Assembly (NCBI RefSeq): GCF_011745625.1
Contig: NW_027191462.1
Coordinates: forward strand, 248,001 to 312,000
DNA: 64,000 bases
Reading direction: 5' to 3'
Origin: Cladosporium halotolerans
Lineage: Eukaryota
Shown: positions 1 to 11,237 of the stretch, in pieces
How positions within the stretch are numbered: the stretch's first letter is position 1
Layout: the number at the start of each line of letters is the position of its first letter
Program-made: the position numbers and the translations under genes
Notes under the pieces: model-generated
Databases searched by the model: none
The model's input: the letters and a program-made list of their open reading frames with translations, nothing else
Told to the model about the DNA's origin: nothing

Positions 1-1064
1 TACGATCAGAACGTGACGTGGCGTTTCCCCGCCAGATGCGTGAGTGTCAGTGGCCAGTGGGTCTTCCGACGCCCAAAAGCTTGACAAGGTAGTGCCGGAC
101 GGCGATTGCAAGGATTTCGACGAGGATTGCCCATGGCGAATGAGCATAGTCGGTGTGAGTCCACATCCTGCTTTGGCATGGCATGCAAGACGCAGCATGA
201 CCAGGCCTGCCTGCTGGGATTGAGCTTCCTGTGCGCGACAGGCTGATAGTACCTAGTCACAGGACTAGCGCGCCGGGCATGGAGGATGGCGCTGGAAGCA
301 GGGGGAGCGTGCTCGGGAGTTTAGTTTCAGCCCCTCGGGGAACCAGATCGAAGGATTCGTGAAATGCTGTCGCTCCACTCGGGCTGACCAGAGGCGTAGG
401 GCAGAGTAGGCCGCCAGCAATTTCTCGACCAGAATGCCGGCGTCGCGGGTTCCCTTACCGTCTTGCCAGCTTCCCCGCCATGTGTAGGTCGGCGCCAGCG
501 CTCTCGCCCTCATCTATATGTACGTCTTGTAGTCATAGTAATTTGGAGCCAGCGTCGGCCCGCCGATCACCCTCGTCTGCCCTCCGCGCCGATCGACGCA
601 GCCGAGCAGCCACAGCGCCCAGCGGCGACGAGATAGGTTGCGCGGGAATGGGCGGCGGCGATAGAAGTGTGCGGTAGCGTGGTGCCAGGAAGGGCATGCG
701 TCGGCGGCAGGCATAACAGCTGCATTTTCTCTGCCGCACGAGTCATCGCGGCTACGATTACCAGTTGCTAGCGTTTGCCATCCGAATTCTGTTTTGCTGG
801 CGTTTCTGCGGCGCGCCGTCTCGGATTGTGTCAGCGCGGGTGGGCTGGAAAAGCTTGAGCAAGCGTGAGGCAGCCCGAGCGGAGGTTGCTGTGCGCCCAC
901 TCACTTCCAGCACGACATCACCGCCACTACACCACCCTCCGCCGCCCATTCCCACCCCCCATCACCCCACGCCGCCGCACACCTCTCTGCCCGCCCCGTC
1001 TGGCTCGCCTTCTGCGCCTGGACGAGCCGGAAGGGACCGACCGCGCCGGGCTACCCGCTCGCAT

Positions 1065-4040
1065 ATGCCTCCCAAAGGCAAGCCCAAAAACGCCCCGAAC
1101 CAGCACGACAAGCGCCACGAGAGCGGCCTCGCAGCTCCTGGCAGGCGCGTCACCAAGCAGCGATCGAACACCCATCTCAACGGACACTCCAATGGCAAGC
1201 CTGCGCACGCCGCCTCGCCCCTGCCCTCTCCAACCGCTGCAGTAGCCTCTGGTGCCGCCGCTCCCATCTCTCCGAACGACCCTGCCGCCGACCCTCTCGC
1301 CTCGTACTCCTTTGTCAAGAACCATGCTGTGCAAGGAAACGCCGCGCATCATCGAGATAGGACCGCTTCGGACGCTTCGTACGAAGAGATGGTAAGCCCG
1401 TGCGGCGACATGGCGGACAACGGGCACGACTATGCGTCCCATGCATCGCATGCGGACGCCCAGCCGCCGGCCAACAAGCCATCCTCTCCGCCCGCCGGCA
1501 GCACGCTCGCCATCGTGTCGACCATCCTGACCTACTATCCGCTCCGCGACGCCATTTCTATCCTCATTCTTCTGCTCTCGCTGCCGCCTACGCTGGTTCT
1601 GGTTATCCAGACTCTCTTCGCCTCTCTGACATTCGTCCCGCCCACCGCCGGCATCTCTCTTTCGACTCTCCCCAACTTCAAGGACATGTTCAATGCATCC
1701 AGCCTCGGATACCCGGCTTTGGCGACAATACTGCTCGTAGATCTCATTTTCTACCTGTGTTGGCTGCCTGTTTGGAAACCGATGCAAAGCATGTTCCTGG
1801 ATCTCTCGCAGACTGTCATTGCTGTTTCTCTCAGTGGAGCCGCATCAAGTAGTGGTGGACCCACATACAGCATACTGACCTGCAGCACGGTCGTTTGCGT
1901 GGTCCACGTGCTCCGCTACAAGGCGATACATCTCACCGCCCTCGACTATCTACGTTCTGTTCTGCACAGAATGGACATTACATTCGATGCCAATGTGCCT
2001 TCTGCTGCGTCTTCGTTTCTATTTTCATCCCCGTCGCAGCACGGCTGGCTATACACGGCCGTGCGGACGATGCTCGGGATACACATTGTTTCACAAGGCG
2101 TCACCACTTGCATCCGCCGCTCCCTTGCCAACGCCAACGAAAGAAGCTCAAATGCGCCATCGATCGCTCGATCCGACCCCGAAGCTACTGCTGGAACCGA
2201 CTCAACACCGCGAAGCTATTCCGCCGACGACCTGAAGCATCAACCTCAGGCTTCAAATGGCGATGCTCGATCTCCCGGACCCTCGCCAGCCCTGCGCGAG
2301 AGCAAGATGCGGGAGAACAACAAGAAAAAGCGGAAACAGGCCAACCAGGTTCGCAGCCAGCAGCCGCTTTGGGCAGCAATCGCTAGCACAAAAGTTACTT
2401 TCGTTAAAGAGATGGAGCAAAGGGACGCGGCGGATGATGCCAAGGAGGCCGCTTCTATGGATAACGACACAAACGACACATACTCTCATTCTGCGACTAA
2501 TTCTCTCGACCGTTTCTGGACCTGCGAAGTCCACGACACAGACATTCAATTTGGGGTTGAACTGAGCCCTCAATCTGCCGCCGAAAGCGCCAAATCGACA
2601 AGTGAATCTTCGGCCATCAGCGCCGGCATCGATAAAACTAAGCCGTTCTTTATTCGTGTGAACGGTGCAGCCTGGAGCTCCACGAGGATTCTTTCAAACG
2701 CCCCCAAGAACGACTCGACCGGCAGGTGGTGGGGAGGCGAAATTTTTGGTCTCGCGCCCCTAAGCAGCTACCACTGCGAGGTCGTCGGAATCGCTAGCCA
2801 ACAAGTTCTGTGTTCTGCCAACCTGATCACTCTCCCTGCCCCCACAGCAGAGCAGGCCGCCAGTGCGCCACCTCAACCTCAGCACCAAAACCTTCGGCCT
2901 TCTTCGCCGATCACCACATTGAAGCAGTCAATCCAGCAAGCCGAATCCAAGCTTATGGAGACGCGCAACAAATCGAAGAAGAGCAAAAAGGATCAGCGCG
3001 CTGCTCATGCTGACGTTAAGCGTGAGATCAACTCACTCAAAGGGAAGCTCGACGGGTCTGGACAGGACGACAAGCAATCGCGCAGGCTGCAGCAAATTAG
3101 CCAGCACAAGAATCAAGCGGATGAAGCCACTACTGAACTGAAGGCTCAGATCGAGAGCCTTGGCGAAATCCCAGCTGAGGAAATTGCTGCGTCTGAACTA
3201 AGACACGGCGCTTGGAAGTCTGCCCTTAACGAGCGCGACAATGCCAACCGGGAGTTCGATGCGGCTAAGTCCGATGCTGAACGCGTGCTGAAAGAGCTCA
3301 AGTCAGAAATTGCGTCGATAGGCTCGAAGCGTGAAAAGCTGACCGCTCGCTATCAGCAGCGGAAAGAGGAGTTGGAGCAAGCTGTGGCCAAGCAGCAAGC
3401 CGATCAATCTGCCAAGCAGCGATATGAGACTGAGCGCGCTCAGAAGCGGTCTGATCAGGAGACACAGGAGGCTCAGCTGCAGTTCCACATTGCGAGCATG
3501 CAGATGGAAACTGACAGTCTCGATCAGAAGTCTTACGAAGCGTATCAACAGGCTTCTGCGCTCAAGAGCTGGCCGACCGGTGTCCCCCCTGGATTCAAGG
3601 GCATTTCGTCACCACCTACGCCTGAGAATCAGCATCCTCATGCTAATGGCACCCTCAGCCCTCAGAACGGCTTCAATGCTTACGGCCCGATGCAGTACAG
3701 CAACGGCTTCCCTGCACCAGCCCCCGCGCCTCGCGGTCGCAGCTCGTCCATGCTCAGTCAGTACTCAGGATTCACCGACAACGGCGAGGACTACATGTTT
3801 GAGCCACGCCAGCAGCACTCTTGGCCCCTCCAAGGCAATGCGGTTGCTGGCGCCGCCGTTGCCGACGACCGCAACCAGAGCGAAGGTTCAGGTTCCGGCA
3901 CGAACGGTAGCACCGCGTCCAACAGCCCCAAGCCGGATGCGAAGGCGAAACCGTTCGTTCCGGCAGCCTCGCGGCCAGGCATGATTGCGGCCAAGAAGTC
4001 GTCTCAGAGCGCTGGAATGGCAGGTTCAGGAGGGAGGTAG
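1065..4040 (+). CDS. acrB: Ubiquitination-network signalling protein AcrB homolog (membrane segments plus coiled coil)
   Basis: Intronless ORF, likely ATG at 1065 (MPPKGKPK). It has hydrophobic segments (AISILILLLSLPPTLVLVIQTLF), the SQQPLWAAIASTKVT motif recalled from Aspergillus AcrB, and a long C-terminal coiled coil. Confidence 0.8.
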   Translation: MPPKGKPKNAPNQHDKRHESGLAAPGRRVTKQRSNTHLNGHSNGKPAHAASPLPSPTAAVASGAAAPISPNDPAADPLASYSFVKNHAVQGNAAHHRDRTASDASYEEMVSPCGDMADNGHDYASHASHADAQPPANKPSSPPAGSTLAIVSTILTYYPLRDAISILILLLSLPPTLVLVIQTLFASLTFVPPTAGISLSTLPNFKDMFNASSLGYPALATILLVDLIFYLCWLPVWKPMQSMFLDLSQTVIAVSLSGAASSSGGPTYSILTCSTVVCVVHVLRYKAIHLTALDYLRSVLHRMDITFDANVPSAASSFLFSSPSQHGWLYTAVRTMLGIHIVSQGVTTCIRRSLANANERSSNAPSIARSDPEATAGTDSTPRSYSADDLKHQPQASNGDARSPGPSPALRESKMRENNKKKRKQANQVRSQQPLWAAIASTKVTFVKEMEQRDAADDAKEAASMDNDTNDTYSHSATNSLDRFWTCEVHDTDIQFGVELSPQSAAESAKSTSESSAISAGIDKTKPFFIRVNGAAWSSTRILSNAPKNDSTGRWWGGEIFGLAPLSSYHCEVVGIASQQVLCSANLITLPAPTAEQAASAPPQPQHQNLRPSSPITTLKQSIQQAESKLMETRNKSKKSKKDQRAAHADVKREINSLKGKLDGSGQDDKQSRRLQQISQHKNQADEATTELKAQIESLGEIPAEEIAASELRHGAWKSALNERDNANREFDAAKSDAERVLKELKSEIASIGSKREKLTARYQQRKEELEQAVAKQQADQSAKQRYETERAQKRSDQETQEAQLQFHIASMQMETDSLDQKSYEAYQQASALKSWPTGVPPGFKGISSPPTPENQHPHANGTLSPQNGFNAYGPMQYSNGFPAPAPAPRGRSSSMLSQYSGFTDNGEDYMFEPRQQHSWPLQGNAVAGAAVADDRNQSEGSGSGTNGSTASNSPKPDAKAKPFVPAASRPGMIAAKKSSQSAGMAGSGGR

Positions 4041-4527
4041 ATAGCATTCTGTCGCTCGCACTAAGAATTGTGGCTTGTGTTTCTGTCTGTTACGTCTGGT
4101 GTCTGTCTATCTCATGCGTGTCATCTCAGAATCCCGTGATCTTTGCCTGCTCGTTGCACAAGTAAATGGCGCATCCGGAGCCAATGGCCATGACAACGTG
4201 CCTGTACCGCTGCAGACTTGTCCGCCAAGCCGTACGTCACCTGGCGTCTCTTTTTTGGCGGGACAGACCCTCTTTTGACTTCGCCGGCCGAAAGCCCACC
4301 TATCCTCCCCACCACGCTACGGTATCCACACCGCGAGGCGCCTTGTTGTTGACGCTCTTCTCCTCTCCCTGCCTGCCAGCCTAACCCAAACGAAAAAGCC
4401 ACCCCGGTCACAAATCCACCCTAGCATCTGCGGTGAAGCGGTCAACAATCCATCACTACTGCTGGCGAAAACGACGTCCGCTGTCGACCCGATAATATCC
4501 AACAAAACATATCACCCACCCGCCAAC

Positions 4528-5773
4528 ATGTCGAACCCTACGATGGAGCTCGACCCTAAGTACGACCACTACGACTTTCCCACCACCGCGCCCGTCTCCC
4601 AGCCTGGCCACCCGGGCCACACCACCAAGGAGCAGGATGCTGCTGTGCACCAGCTGCGCCAGATGCTCGAGGCCGCCGGTTACAAGGAAAGGCTGGATAC
4701 CCTGACTATGCTGAGGTTCTTGAGGGCGAGGAAGTTTAACGTCGAAATGAGTAAGCAGATGTGAGTGGCCCTTACCTCTGGTGTGTAAGAGATGCGGGAC
4801 GGAAGGCATTGGATGGCAAGGACAATGAAATAAGGGGAGGCGGTGAAGGGGACTTGTCGACAGGAAAACCAGGCTGCAAGACGATGGGAGCATGACACTG
4901 ACTGGCAATGGTACAGGTTCATCGACTGCGAGAAGTGGCGCTCTGAGTTCGGCGGCGGCCTCGACAACCTCGTTCCCAACTTCGACTACCAGGAGAAGCC
5001 CCAGGTCTTCGCTTACTACCCCCAGTACTACCACAAGACCGACAAGGACGGCAGGCCCTTATACATTGAGCAGCTCGGCAAGATCAACCTCGACGCCATG
5101 CGCAAGATCACGACCGACCAGCGCATGCTGCAGAACCTCGTCGTCGAGTACGAGAAGATGGCCGACCCGCGCCTGCCCGCCTGCTCTCGCAAGTCCGGCC
5201 ACCTACTCGAGACGTCCTGCTCCATCATGGACCTCAAGGGCGTCGGCGTCGGCATGATGAGCAGCGCCTACGGCTACCTGCAGCAGGCCTCGGCCATCAG
5301 CCAGAACTACTACCCGGAGCGCCTGGGCAAGCTGTACGTCATCAACGCGCCCTGGGGCTTCTCTGGCGCCTTCAGCGTCGTCAAGAAGTTCCTCGACCCT
5401 GTCACCGTCGCCAAGATCCACGTCCTCGGCTCCAACTACCAGAAGGAGCTCCTCGCCCAGATCCCCAAGGAGAACCTGCCCAAGCAGTTCGGCGGCGAGT
5501 GCGCTTGCCCCGGCGGCTGCGAGCTCAGCGATCAGGGTCCCTGTAAGTCATCCCGCGACCACTCGTGTTGCCCTCCACCTCCAGCCAACAGCGCTAACAA
5601 TCTCTACAGGGCAAGACCCGCAGTGGGCCAAGGCGCCCGCCTGGGCGAAGAAGGCCGACAACTCCATCCCGGCCACCGAGAGCCACGTCGGCGAGGGCCA
5701 GCCCGCCGCCGCAGGCACCGCTCCCGCACCCGCCGAGCAGCCCGCTGGCCAGCCCGCTCCCGCCGCCCAGTAA
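4528..5773 (+). CDS. SEC14: Sec14 phosphatidylinositol/phosphatidylcholine transfer protein
   Basis: Three exons (4528-4760, 4917-5542, 5610-5773) with GT-AG introns. Motifs: [44 protein letters not shown]. Confidence 0.95.
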
Positions 5774-6249
5774 ACGTTATTTGAGCTCCCGACTTCTCTT
5801 CTAGTCGGCTTTTCTTATTCTGTATTGTGCATGGCGGGTGAGCACGTCAAGTTGGCGACAGCATGCCAGTAGCGTTGTTTGGCGTGCGGGCGTGCGTGGT
5901 GTGTGGGTGTCAAGAGTCAGACTCTATTCTTTTCCTCTTCTCTTTCGTTGTTGTTGTGTAGTAGACAAGATCATCGGCCTTGATATTTAGGCTAGCAAAA
6001 ATCCAGATATACCCTTTTTTGGCGGATAATGCTTCTCTCTGGTCGCGGATGGTCATGGATCTAATGGTCATTGTGGAGAGTTTGCTTTTGCGTGCGAGCG
6101 AATGTGAGTATGCGGAGGGTGGTCATATCTAATAGTGCATTTCACAGCGGCCAGAGCGAGTATCCTCACCCTATACTGCTCCCGTTTCAAGACAGCCTAT
6201 GTGAAACTGGCAGTTGATGTTTCACCAAGTTTCGTCATACACGAAGGAA

Positions 6250-7703
6250 CTAGTCTACAACATCGTCCCTCAGATTGAACGCCTGCCTCACAACCTCGTC
6301 CATCCGGCTCCTGATCGCATCGTGGAACATGACGTTCGTCGTGAACACCTTGCAACCCTTGATCTTGCGCGCCGTCTCCATGCTCAAGTCGTAGTCCACG
6401 TACATATCCTCGGTGTACGCCGCCGCGAAGACAGGCACCTTGTTCGCCGTCAGCGCTTCTTCGTCGAACAGCGCCGGCCAGCCCGCGTCCGCCGCCACCC
6501 GCTCCGCCACGCCCGCCACCTTGCGCAGCTCCGAGTAGTCCTCGAACATCCACGGGTAGATCATCTCGCCCGTCAGGAACACGGGACCGTCCGTTCGATC
6601 AGGGCTGAACTGCGGGTGCTCGGCCAGCAGGCGGTGCGCAGACCAGTTGGCCGCCTGGCCCTCGCAGTAGATCGGCTCGTGCAGGATGGAGTACAGCAGG
6701 TTCTCGTCGAAGCCCAGCGCGCGGTCTATGGCCGCCAATGACCCGCGCGTCAGGTGCCCGAAGTGCTCGACGTCGTACGCCGCGCGCAGCACCACATCGT
6801 GCACCGCGTCCAGCCCGCCGTGGAAGCCCAGGTTGATGCCGAGCTGCTGGAAGCGGCGCCGCGTCAGCGTGCCTTCGGACGGCAGCTTGATCTTGCCGTC
6901 GCCGAAGCGCGACAGGTAGTTGAGGATTGTCTTGACGCGCGCTTCGTCGCCGGGGAATTTGGCGTAGTAGGCTTCGTTGCGCTGGATCAGCTTCTTGTAG
7001 AGGCGGCGGTAGACTTCGTCCGGGGACTTGACGAGGGCCTGCAGGCCGCCGAAGAGGAAGGCTTCGCGCAGACCGTCCGGGTAGAAGGAGAGGTAGGAGA
7101 CGATGCAGAAGCCGCCGAAGCTCTGGCCCATGACGGACCACTTCTTCCTGTCTTCGGGGTAGTCGGCCGTGAGGGTCTGGCGGATGGCTTCGCAGTCGCG
7201 CACGATGCTGTCGGCGCGGTAGAGTTTGAGGTATCTAGCCTGGACGTCGTTGTCGCCGCGCATTTGCAGCGTGCTCGCCGTGATGGGCGTGCTGAGGCCG
7301 GTGCCTCGCTGGTCGAGACATAACACCTGATAGCCCTTGTCCAACAGGGTGTTGGTGAAAGGGTAGTGCTGTGGCGGGCGACACTCGTTTCCAGGGCCGC
7401 CGTTGAGGAAGACTATCCAGGGCAGCTTCTCGTCGTTCTTGGCCTCGTTCGGGTACGTCTCATGTTTTCGCGCACTGCGAGCGAAGACTTTGATGCTGCC
7501 TGCCTCAGGCTTGCTGTAGTCTTTAGGGACATCGAAGAAGTGCTCGGTTATCTTTAACCTGCCTGTGCGAGAATGAGCCAAGACAGCACCAATGTGGAGG
7601 GCAAGACGGACGGTGGGACACTACCGGAGACGAGGTACGAGCTCTGGCTCAAGGCCTTCGCGGGGGAGACGGACAGCATGTTTCTGGCCAGCTGTCTGAG
7701 CAT
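6250..7703 (-). CDS. Proline iminopeptidase (alpha/beta hydrolase, S33)
   Basis: Exon 1 7703-7625, intron 7624-7563, exon 2 to the stop at 6250. Motifs: NGGPG, DQRGTG, GQSFGG nucleophile elbow, DMYVD. An alternative in-frame ATG lies at 7679. Confidence 0.88.
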
Positions 7704-8365
7704 TGCCAGAGTCTCGTCGGTCGCGCGACCCTCCCGGACGCGAAGTGTTGGTGTTTCCGGTCTCGAGGGTTGATCTCCACTTCTCGCGCCGTTCCTCGAA
7801 AGCCCTTCTCCACTCACCAGATTATTAGCGCCTGCTATAGCGCCAGATCTCTGTCAACCCTTTCGCTCGTGTCGCAGTACGCGGTTGGATTTAGGAGGCT
7901 CTCGTAAGCCACGAGACGGCGGCACAGGCTGGCGCTGCTGGTGTCGCACACGTTCTCGGCCTTATCAGCGCTCGGGGGATATCACGACGGGCCACCAAGA
8001 ATGCGCCACCTCGCCCATCCTTGCCGGTGCTAGGCTCACTTGGCGTAGAGAGGAACGCATGTCGTTCGAAGGGGCGAGAGGGACGAACGCCCTACGGCAG
8101 CCAAGCTGTGCATCAAGACGAGCTAATTAGGATAGCGCATGGGAATTATGTGCCGATGCGCTGTAAACACCGCCGGAGTTTGCGAGGCTGGATCAACGTT
8201 GACGAAGAGCGGGGCATTTTATACGTTCCGAAAAGGTGTCGTATCGACGACAATGCCGAGCTCTTCGCTCTCGAGCGGGCAAACTCTGTGTACATAAAGT
8301 GTAAAGGTCGTAAGAGCAGTGGTTCTCCTCATGTCTCATCCATCCAACACCTCACTTCATTCGCG

Positions 8366-8886
8366 ATGGCGAACTCCATAGCGGTCTTCATGATCGGCCG
8401 GTCGAGCGAAAACGCGGCATGTCTGCTGCCGGCGCTAGACCCTCGCTTCGATGGTACGCGGAAACCCCTCCCCTGTCACAACAAAACGGCGTTCGCCGCT
8501 CACACAGCACTGCTTCAAAAGTTGTCCACTTCTGCACATCGACGGCCGCCGCAAGGCAAGAATTGCCAATCGCTCTCGACGCCCAACCGCTGTCGAATCC
8601 TCAGACGAGCTTGGGAAGCAACGCGAAACGCGGCGCTGCACCAAGGAAACCCACCGCGATTTTTGTAGGCGCTGGGTTCGATCGCGAGGATTATGAGGGC
8701 TTTCGGAGAGACGTCGGGGAAGTGCAGGGCATTACATGGGTGCGGGAGGAAAAATGTGACATTGAAGGGCTCGACAATCCAAACAACTGGATGGTGAGGG
8801 ATGGTTTAGGGCGAGTGCCGAAACCTGAGGTGCTGATCAAGAGCGTTTCCAAATGTTTGAAGAGGGACTTGTTGGGTGATGAATAG
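8366..8886 (+). CDS. Small hypothetical protein (about 150 aa)
   Basis: ATG at 8366 (MANSIAVFMIGRS). Intron 8454-8521 joins PRFD to VVHFCTS and the product continues through AIFVGAGF to the stop at 8886. Confidence 0.6.
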
Positions 8887-8952
8887 AGCAAGTCGGTGTT
8901 TGTTGTTCTGAACATGATATACAAGACACTGCTTTTGCTAGATACCGAATTT

Positions 8953-10879
8953 CTAGATAGATACCTCATGCCACATGTATTGGTCAACAGCATCTGGCCC
9001 TTCGCTCTCCGCAACATAGGCCTGTTCGCATTGCGTCCAATACAGTTTTTGTTGTGCAGCATAGAAGGAGTCGAAATCTTGGCTGAGGGCATCTTGCAAG
9101 GATCGGACCTCGCCTCCAGGATGCAGCACCTCCCAAGGATGGGTGCATTCTCGGGCTTTGCAAGTCTTGAGCACGACGAGTAGCGCGTCCAGTCTCGCAG
9201 TCACGTGTGACACTGTGGCAGCTGGGCTGGCGTTCGCAGGGCCGAATGCCGCATCTGACTTCTCTGTGTATATGTTGTTGAGTTCGTGAGGATCGTTCTA
9301 TCGGAGTCAGTTATCATCGTCTTCATCCGCGCAAAGAAGCTTCGCTTACACTAAGATTATACAGCTCATGCTCGCCATTGCACCAGACAGTATAGCGCAG
9401 GTTGTAGTCCTCACCAAGGATGCGGAGCGCTTTGTAGGTGTGATTGTTATGCAAATCAGCGCCATACTTGCCCTCAGACATGATGATGCCCCACATCTCG
9501 ACATTGACATGTTCCTGTCGATGCGACTTCACCTCGATCATTGAGTCTCCGGTCAGCGGAATAGCCTCTCCGTCAAGAAGATCTCCTCTCTCGGTTGCTC
9601 CAGCAATGCTAAGAAAGGTTGCTGCAAGATCGGTGTGAGATGTAACGATATGAGAAGTCTTGTTCTCAGGCACGCCGGGGCCGCGAACGATGAACGGTAT
9701 GTTAATATCTTCTTTGTAGGCACACTGCTTTCCCGGCTGTAGTCGGTGCTGTCCGACGTGGTAGCCGTTGTCAGTGGAGAAAATGAAGTATGTGTCCTCG
9801 AGGATGCCATGTCGATCGAGCCGCTCAGCTAGCTCCGCCACCATCTCATCGACAGATTGAAGCGCTCGCAAGCGGTTGCGGTACCATTCGTCGTTGTATT
9901 CGACGTTCGTTTGGTTTTGCTGAGGGAGTCGAGATATCCATGAAGCACCGTTAGGCTGTCAGTTGTTAGAATGTCTCCTGGAGAGCCTACAAGACTGAAG
10001 CCACTCACCAAGTCCGGATTGAAAGCTGCATTCCGTGGGACCTTTACGTCGGTGAAGAGATGCGCGTGCCTGTCGGCCGGGACAGGTGGGGACTGAATCG
10101 CAGAGGCGCCGGAGTAATTGCCATGAATGTTCTTATCAATGATGTGGACATTGCTGTGCGGAGCGACCGGAGCCACTGTGAGCATAAAGGGCTTCTCTGC
10201 ACCAACGGCATCATCTAGGAAGCCATATGCCTTAGAAGCCACGACGTCCGTAGAGTACTGTCCCTCGTATGAGACGGGCGGGTCGTGGTTACGCTGGAAT
10301 GTTGCATTCTTGTATTCGTACGTGAATGGGTCAAGCAGGAAGTCTGAACCCGTGAAGCCGGCAGCGTGTGGTTTGTCGTAGTTTGTGACCTTCTGCGCGT
10401 TGAACAATTTGCCTACGTAATACGTGTTGTAGCCGGCTTTCTGAAGCCACAGAGGCAGATAGTCTTCATTGAAGCCTTGAGTAATGAATTTGGGATAGCC
10501 ACCTAGTAACATATGAGTCTCGGAGATTTCTTTTTGGGGAAATGAAAAGATGATACTCACCATGAGGAGGGTTGACGTCGGTTACATTGGTGTTGTGTGG
10601 CGATTTACCAGTCCACAGAGTCACGCGAGACGGGCAGCACAAAGCGTTGGTGCAGAAATGATTCGCGAAAGAGGTACCTCTGTCCGCGATGTGCTTTCTC
10701 ACATTGGACATGTATTCCAGAGAGTCCATGTGCAGGTCCTGGTCATCTGTGAGGACAAAAACGATGTTGGGTTGCTTTGCTGTTGCCATCGGCTGCTGCT
10801 GGCTTTGCATGGCCCAGCCGGCAGCGTACAGGCCCACGCATACGCTCAGCAGAGCGAGAAAGGTACGCAAAGGTGGCAT
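8953..10879 (-). CDS. Secreted arylsulfatase (fungal ars-1 type)
   Basis: Signal peptide, PNIVFVLTDDQD, formylglycine motif CCPSR, STDNGYHVGQH and GKQCAY. Introns 10560-10503, 10008-9956 and 9349-9298 restore one reading frame. Confidence 0.92.
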
Positions 10880-11237
10880 GCTGATGATGGATGGGGGACC
10901 TGCGGGACAAAGTCGTCCACAGTTACGAGCATGGTGTTATGAAAGTCGATAAATGCAAACCTCACTCGATGTCGTGCTTGCGCTTGCATGATGCGGAGTC
11001 AGCCCCACCAAGCGTGAGTCTAACCAGTGTGCCAATCGTGGATCTACGGCATTCTTACAGTAGAACACCACGACTGCGACTCGGCACTCGCTGGCGCAGC
11101 ACGAACAATCAGATATCATTTGGGCGTACAGCGGATCCTCGAGCGTAGGAATACAGTATGTTACGAATATTCGAAGACCATTGGTGGCCGTTGATCTAAT
11201 TGGTCTAAAGACTACAAGTCAAGGGACGCCGTCTATT

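Noticed and set aside
765..1064. 100-aa N-terminal extension of the acrB ORF in the track
   Set aside because: It begins at a non-ATG codon and is low-complexity 5' leader. The first ATG is at 1065.
4761..4916. Longer introns in SEC14, the channel (13139-13280) and the zinc-finger gene (28860-29055) as snoRNA hosts
   Set aside because: No C/D or H/ACA box arrangement or strong stems were seen.
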